A stretch of 29,492 bases of DNA, taken from assembly GCA_033762115.1 (NCBI GenBank), contig JANRLX010000028.1:1-29492 (forward strand), read 5' to 3'. The stretch comes from Verrucomicrobiota bacterium (lineage in GTDB: Bacteria; Verrucomicrobiota; Verrucomicrobiia; Limisphaerales; SXQI01). Shown here one piece after another: positions 26,260 through 29,492 of the stretch (the stretch's first letter is position 1; the number at the start of each line of letters is the position of its first letter). Both the position numbers and the translations under genes were made by a program. The notes under the pieces are model-generated. The model saw only the letters and a program-made list of their open reading frames with translations, made no database searches and was not told where the DNA came from.

Positions 26260-27948
26260 TCACTGTTCCATCGCAGCAGCATCTTCCTTGTCCGTGGCCA
26301 GAACGAGGTTGGCGCTCGCCATTTCCTTGCGGAACCAGTCATTGAATGCATCCGAGCTTTCGCCACGGCGCAATGTTTCCATGTAACTGGCCAGTTCGGC
26401 TTTGACCGTGGCATCATCCACTTTCAGGAAGCGGTTGACATGCACAATAAATCCGCCATCCCGCGTGGTGGTGAATCCACTGGTTTGATTTTCACCGAGA
26501 GCAAAAGCCACGTTTTTGACACTGGCAAAATCCTGCCGCGCTTCCATTTCGGGAATGGTGCGGTCCGTTTGGGTGAAAGGAGTCAACGCCAAGGGGGTGT
26601 AGCCTGCCTCCCTGGTAATCTCGGCAAATGATTTTCCCTGGGCGAGGCCATTCGTGAGCGTGTTATGGAAAGCATTGCCTGCAAGACGGGCCAGGGTTTG
26701 TGATTGCTGGCGCTGATAATCATCCGTGACTTTTGCGCGGATGGAATCCAGCGAAGGCAATTCACTGGGAATCCGCTTTTTAAACGCAGCCACGTAAACA
26801 GCATCTTCACCGATGGTTGGTTCATCCGGGAAAGGATCGGCTTCGCTGAGGCGGAACATCATTCTGCTGAAGGTATCAACGACCTTCATGCCCGGTGGTT
26901 GTTCAAATTCTGTAAATGGCTGGCTGAGTTTGCTGGTGATACCACGGGCTGCTGCAAGGTTTTCAAGGTTCGCCGCCTGTCGAGGTCCGGGGAGTTCAAG
27001 CAATTCTTCCATGAACTTGTTGGCCTGGGCGCGTGCATCGATCAAAGCATACGCTTCACGCACTTCGTCGCGGATTTGGGCCTTGGCGACTTCCGGGGAA
27101 AGCATCATTCCATTCGTGTCCACAAAATAGTTGGTCCCTCGCTGGGTGTAGATCTGGTCAATCCGTTGCGAAAGATTGGTTTCGCTGTTCATGCGCTGTT
27201 CGGCCTGGGCAAAGTAGTTGGTCAGGTCAAACGTGACATAACTGACCTGGATACGATCGGGAATGCGGTAAGCGGATGCGTTGTTGGTGTAGAAAGTGGC
27301 AATTGCGCCCGGATCGATATTAACCTTGGAAACAAAATTGGAAGCGGAGAAGAACACAGCCTGGGCTTCCACTTTTTCATGCTCCTCACGATAACGAACT
27401 TCTGCGGCCTGCGGGGTGATCATACGACCGGGAAGACTGGCCAGGGTTATCAGATGCTGGAAAGCTACTTCATTCCGGGCGAAACGCTCAAAATCACGGA
27501 CTTCAAGGCCCCGCCGGGGGAGGACCTCTTTTACGAAATTATCATAGGATGCCTTCCTGAATGTCTGGGTTTCGCGATCCCGAAATGCCTGGGCAATCCA
27601 TTGCGCCACCGCATCGTCACTTACCTTAATATCCATTTCCTTGACTTTTTCCTTAAGGAAAAGGCGGGTGCGGGTCTCCCGTTCGACAGGCCTCATACTT
27701 CGGGTCATCTCATCATTGCCAGGCCATTCGCCATAACTGAACAGGTAACGCAATGTGGCTTCCTCATAAGCGTCGCGGTATTCGCCCAGGGAAATGGGGC
27801 GCCCATTAATAGTCCCGGCAGGCACATCTCCCCCGGCACTCACGCCTTGTTGGTTGTTTGGATTGAAGTACCAAACAAAGCTGATGATCACCAGACCGCT
27901 GATGACAATCCATAACCACTTCTGATGACGCCGAATATTTTGGAACAT
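26260..27948 (-). CDS. PpiD-like membrane-anchored periplasmic folding chaperone (SurA N-terminal domain)
   Basis: MFQNIRRH plus an N-terminal TM anchor with IISFV, G.INGRPIS, I.VSDD.V, FYTNN..YRIP.RIQVSYV and AFAL...QTSG. Confidence 0.75.
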   Translation of the reverse strand: MFQNIRRHQKWLWIVISGLVIISFVWYFNPNNQQGVSAGGDVPAGTINGRPISLGEYRDAYEEATLRYLFSYGEWPGNDEMTRSMRPVERETRTRLFLKEKVKEMDIKVSDDAVAQWIAQAFRDRETQTFRKASYDNFVKEVLPRRGLEVRDFERFARNEVAFQHLITLASLPGRMITPQAAEVRYREEHEKVEAQAVFFSASNFVSKVNIDPGAIATFYTNNASAYRIPDRIQVSYVTFDLTNYFAQAEQRMNSETNLSQRIDQIYTQRGTNYFVDTNGMMLSPEVAKAQIRDEVREAYALIDARAQANKFMEELLELPGPRQAANLENLAAARGITSKLSQPFTEFEQPPGMKVVDTFSRMMFRLSEADPFPDEPTIGEDAVYVAAFKKRIPSELPSLDSIRAKVTDDYQRQQSQTLARLAGNAFHNTLTNGLAQGKSFAEITREAGYTPLALTPFTQTDRTIPEMEARQDFASVKNVAFALGENQTSGFTTTRDGGFIVHVNRFLKVDDATVKAELASYMETLRRGESSDAFNDWFRKEMASANLVLATDKEDAAAMEQ

Positions 27949-28089
27949 ACGAATTAAGGCGTGAAAAGTAAGCACCTTCTTGAAGGCGGGTCAAACGAAA
28001 AGCCTTTCCAGAGACCTTATCTTCCCGCTGATATTTCGGCTTTCAAAGGTTTTTCCCCGAGAGTACGGTTTCGGCTTTTCGAAAATCTG

Positions 28090-29346
28090 ATGTTTTATTT
28101 TTTTTCCATTCTGATCTGGGTGGTGGCAGTTGCCTGTGGTCCAGCCTCCTTTGCAGTCGAAAAATTAATCCGCAAGCCAATCGTCACCGATTACTCAGTC
28201 AGTGATCCGCAATTTTTGCAAACCATTGGGCCGCTGTTGGGTGCGTCGATTGTGCAGGGCAATCAGGTGGAGGAACTGCTGAACGGGGTTGAGATTTTTC
28301 CGGCGATGCTTGAGGCAATCCGAAATGCGGAAAAAACAATTACCTTCGAAAACTTCATCTGGCGCTCAGGAAAGTTAAGCGATCAATTTATCGAGGCGTT
28401 ATCAGAACGCGCCCGTGCCGGGGTGAAGGTTCACTGTATCGTCGATGGTTTTGGCGCTTTTCAATTTAAAAGTAAGGATCAAAAACGGCTTCGCAAATCC
28501 GGAGTTCAATTAGAAATCCATAATCCAATCCGCTGGTATAATCCTCATCGCTGGAATCATCGAACCCACCGGAAAACTCTCGTGGTGGATGGTAAAATCG
28601 GTTTCATCGGAGGGATTTGCCTTGCCGATGAATGGATGGGGAATGCGGAACGAATGCCTCTTTGGCGAGATACGGAATTTCGCGTGGAAGGCCCGGTGGT
28701 GGCACAGATTCAACGCGGATTCATGGACAACTGGATTCGCAACAAGTCAGGGGTTCTTCATGGGGAAGATTATTTTCCAAAGCTTGAAGCAAAAGGTGGA
28801 ATGGCTGCCCAGGCCTTTATCAGCGGGGCTCGCGATGGTGCTGAGAACGCACGCCTTTTGTACCTTTATTCCATCGCGGCTGCTCGGAAATCCATCCGCA
28901 TCTGCCACTCATATTTTGTCCCGGACAATCTCGCCCGGAATATGTTGATTGATGCAAGAAAGCGGGGAGTAAAAATTGAAGTGATCACCCCTGGACATAT
29001 TGACTGGAACGTGGTTCGGCGCGCAGCGCGTTCCCGGTTTCAGCCTTTAATGGATGCTGGCGTGGAATTTTTTGAATATGAGCCCACCAAACTTCATACA
29101 AAAGTAATGATCGTGGATGATGTGTGGGTGACTTGCGGCTCGGTGAACTTCGATGATCGCTCCTTCCGGATCAATGATGAAGGCAACCTCAACGTCTGGG
29201 ATCGGGATTTTGCAGCAAAGCAGATTGAAGTTTTTGAGGCTGACAAAGCCAAATCGATCTACCTTGATCCAGTCGAGTTCAGGAAACGCTCCTGGAGAGT
29301 CAAATGCGTGGAGGCAATTTGCGGTTGGTTCCGCGGGCAGCTTTAA
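28090..29346 (+). CDS. cls: Cardiolipin synthase (phospholipase D family)
   Basis: Two HKD motifs (HRKTLVVDG and HTKVMIVDD), NG.EIFPAMLEAI, WRDT and GSVNFD.RS. Start placed at ATG 28090. Confidence 0.88.
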   Translation: MFYFFSILIWVVAVACGPASFAVEKLIRKPIVTDYSVSDPQFLQTIGPLLGASIVQGNQVEELLNGVEIFPAMLEAIRNAEKTITFENFIWRSGKLSDQFIEALSERARAGVKVHCIVDGFGAFQFKSKDQKRLRKSGVQLEIHNPIRWYNPHRWNHRTHRKTLVVDGKIGFIGGICLADEWMGNAERMPLWRDTEFRVEGPVVAQIQRGFMDNWIRNKSGVLHGEDYFPKLEAKGGMAAQAFISGARDGAENARLLYLYSIAAARKSIRICHSYFVPDNLARNMLIDARKRGVKIEVITPGHIDWNVVRRAARSRFQPLMDAGVEFFEYEPTKLHTKVMIVDDVWVTCGSVNFDDRSFRINDEGNLNVWDRDFAAKQIEVFEADKAKSIYLDPVEFRKRSWRVKCVEAICGWFRGQL

Positions 29347-29359
29347 TTTGTCCCTATAT

Positions 29360-29413
29360 AAAGCCGAAACCCCCTTTATGGGTTTTTGGCCTTTGGAGGG
29401 GGTTTTGGGTTTT
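29360..29413. terminator. Hairpin between the convergent cls and 5S rRNA genes, probably a terminator
   Basis: AAACCCCCT/AGGGGGTTT core, extended by G-U pairs on the + strand, with T-rich tracts on both strands; the loop is large. Confidence 0.55.
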
Positions 29414-29422
29414 GAAGAATAA

Positions 29423-29492
29423 TCTGGCGACGACCTACTCTCGCGGAGCCTATAGAACCACTACCATCGGCAATGCTGCGTTTGACGGCCGA
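29423..29492 (-). rRNA. rrf: 5S ribosomal RNA, 3' portion (truncated by the window edge)
   Basis: The reverse complement reads TCGGCCGTCAAA...GCCGATGGTAGT...GCGAGAGTAGGTCGTCGCCAG, the conserved 5S rRNA 3' half. Confidence 0.95.

Noticed and set aside
26244..26265. Tandem 10-nt duplication TGGGGATCAC x2 at the PpiD-like stop codon
   Set aside because: Only two copies with no associated mobile element; probably a local slippage duplication.
26704..27915. 403-aa plus-strand ORF
   Set aside because: Fully antisense to the PpiD-like gene with no recognisable motifs; a shadow ORF.
1..29492. Mobile elements, CRISPR arrays, tRNAs, defence systems or RiPP precursors
   Set aside because: I saw no transposase, integrase or cas motifs, repeat-spacer arrays, cloverleafs or convincing short precursor ORF near the radical SAM gene; intergenic gaps are all short.

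Overview
Gene-dense bacterial chromosomal window with 23 supported CDSs and the 3' part of a minus-strand 5S rRNA at the right edge. I saw no mobile elements, tRNAs or CRISPR arrays. Gene content (Planctomycete-type cytochrome c, ThuA-DUF1080, Tat-exported Gfo/Idh/MocA, PQQ-like beta-propeller, duplicated ABC-2 permease) suggests the PVC superphylum, probably Verrucomicrobiota (inference). The best candidate for an undescribed system is a tightly coupled minus-strand operon at 24369->17391. In order it encodes a secreted PQQ-like beta-propeller, a HemN-fold radical SAM enzyme that is neither HemN nor HemW, a UbiC-like chorismate lyase, a PltA-type flavin-dependent halogenase-like enzyme, a GT4 glycosyltransferase with an unusual CxxC, then nth and a lipoate-ligase-like gene. 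This looks like a PKS/NRPS-free pathway to a modified, chorismate-derived aromatic glycoside or cofactor. Other points of interest: a fused GH13+GH133 debranching enzyme of eukaryotic AGL-like design, a Gfo oxidoreductase with EKP->EAP, a consensus sigma-54 promoter on an orphan response regulator, and candidate leaderless promoters. All assignments come from motif recognition by eye; no searches were run.
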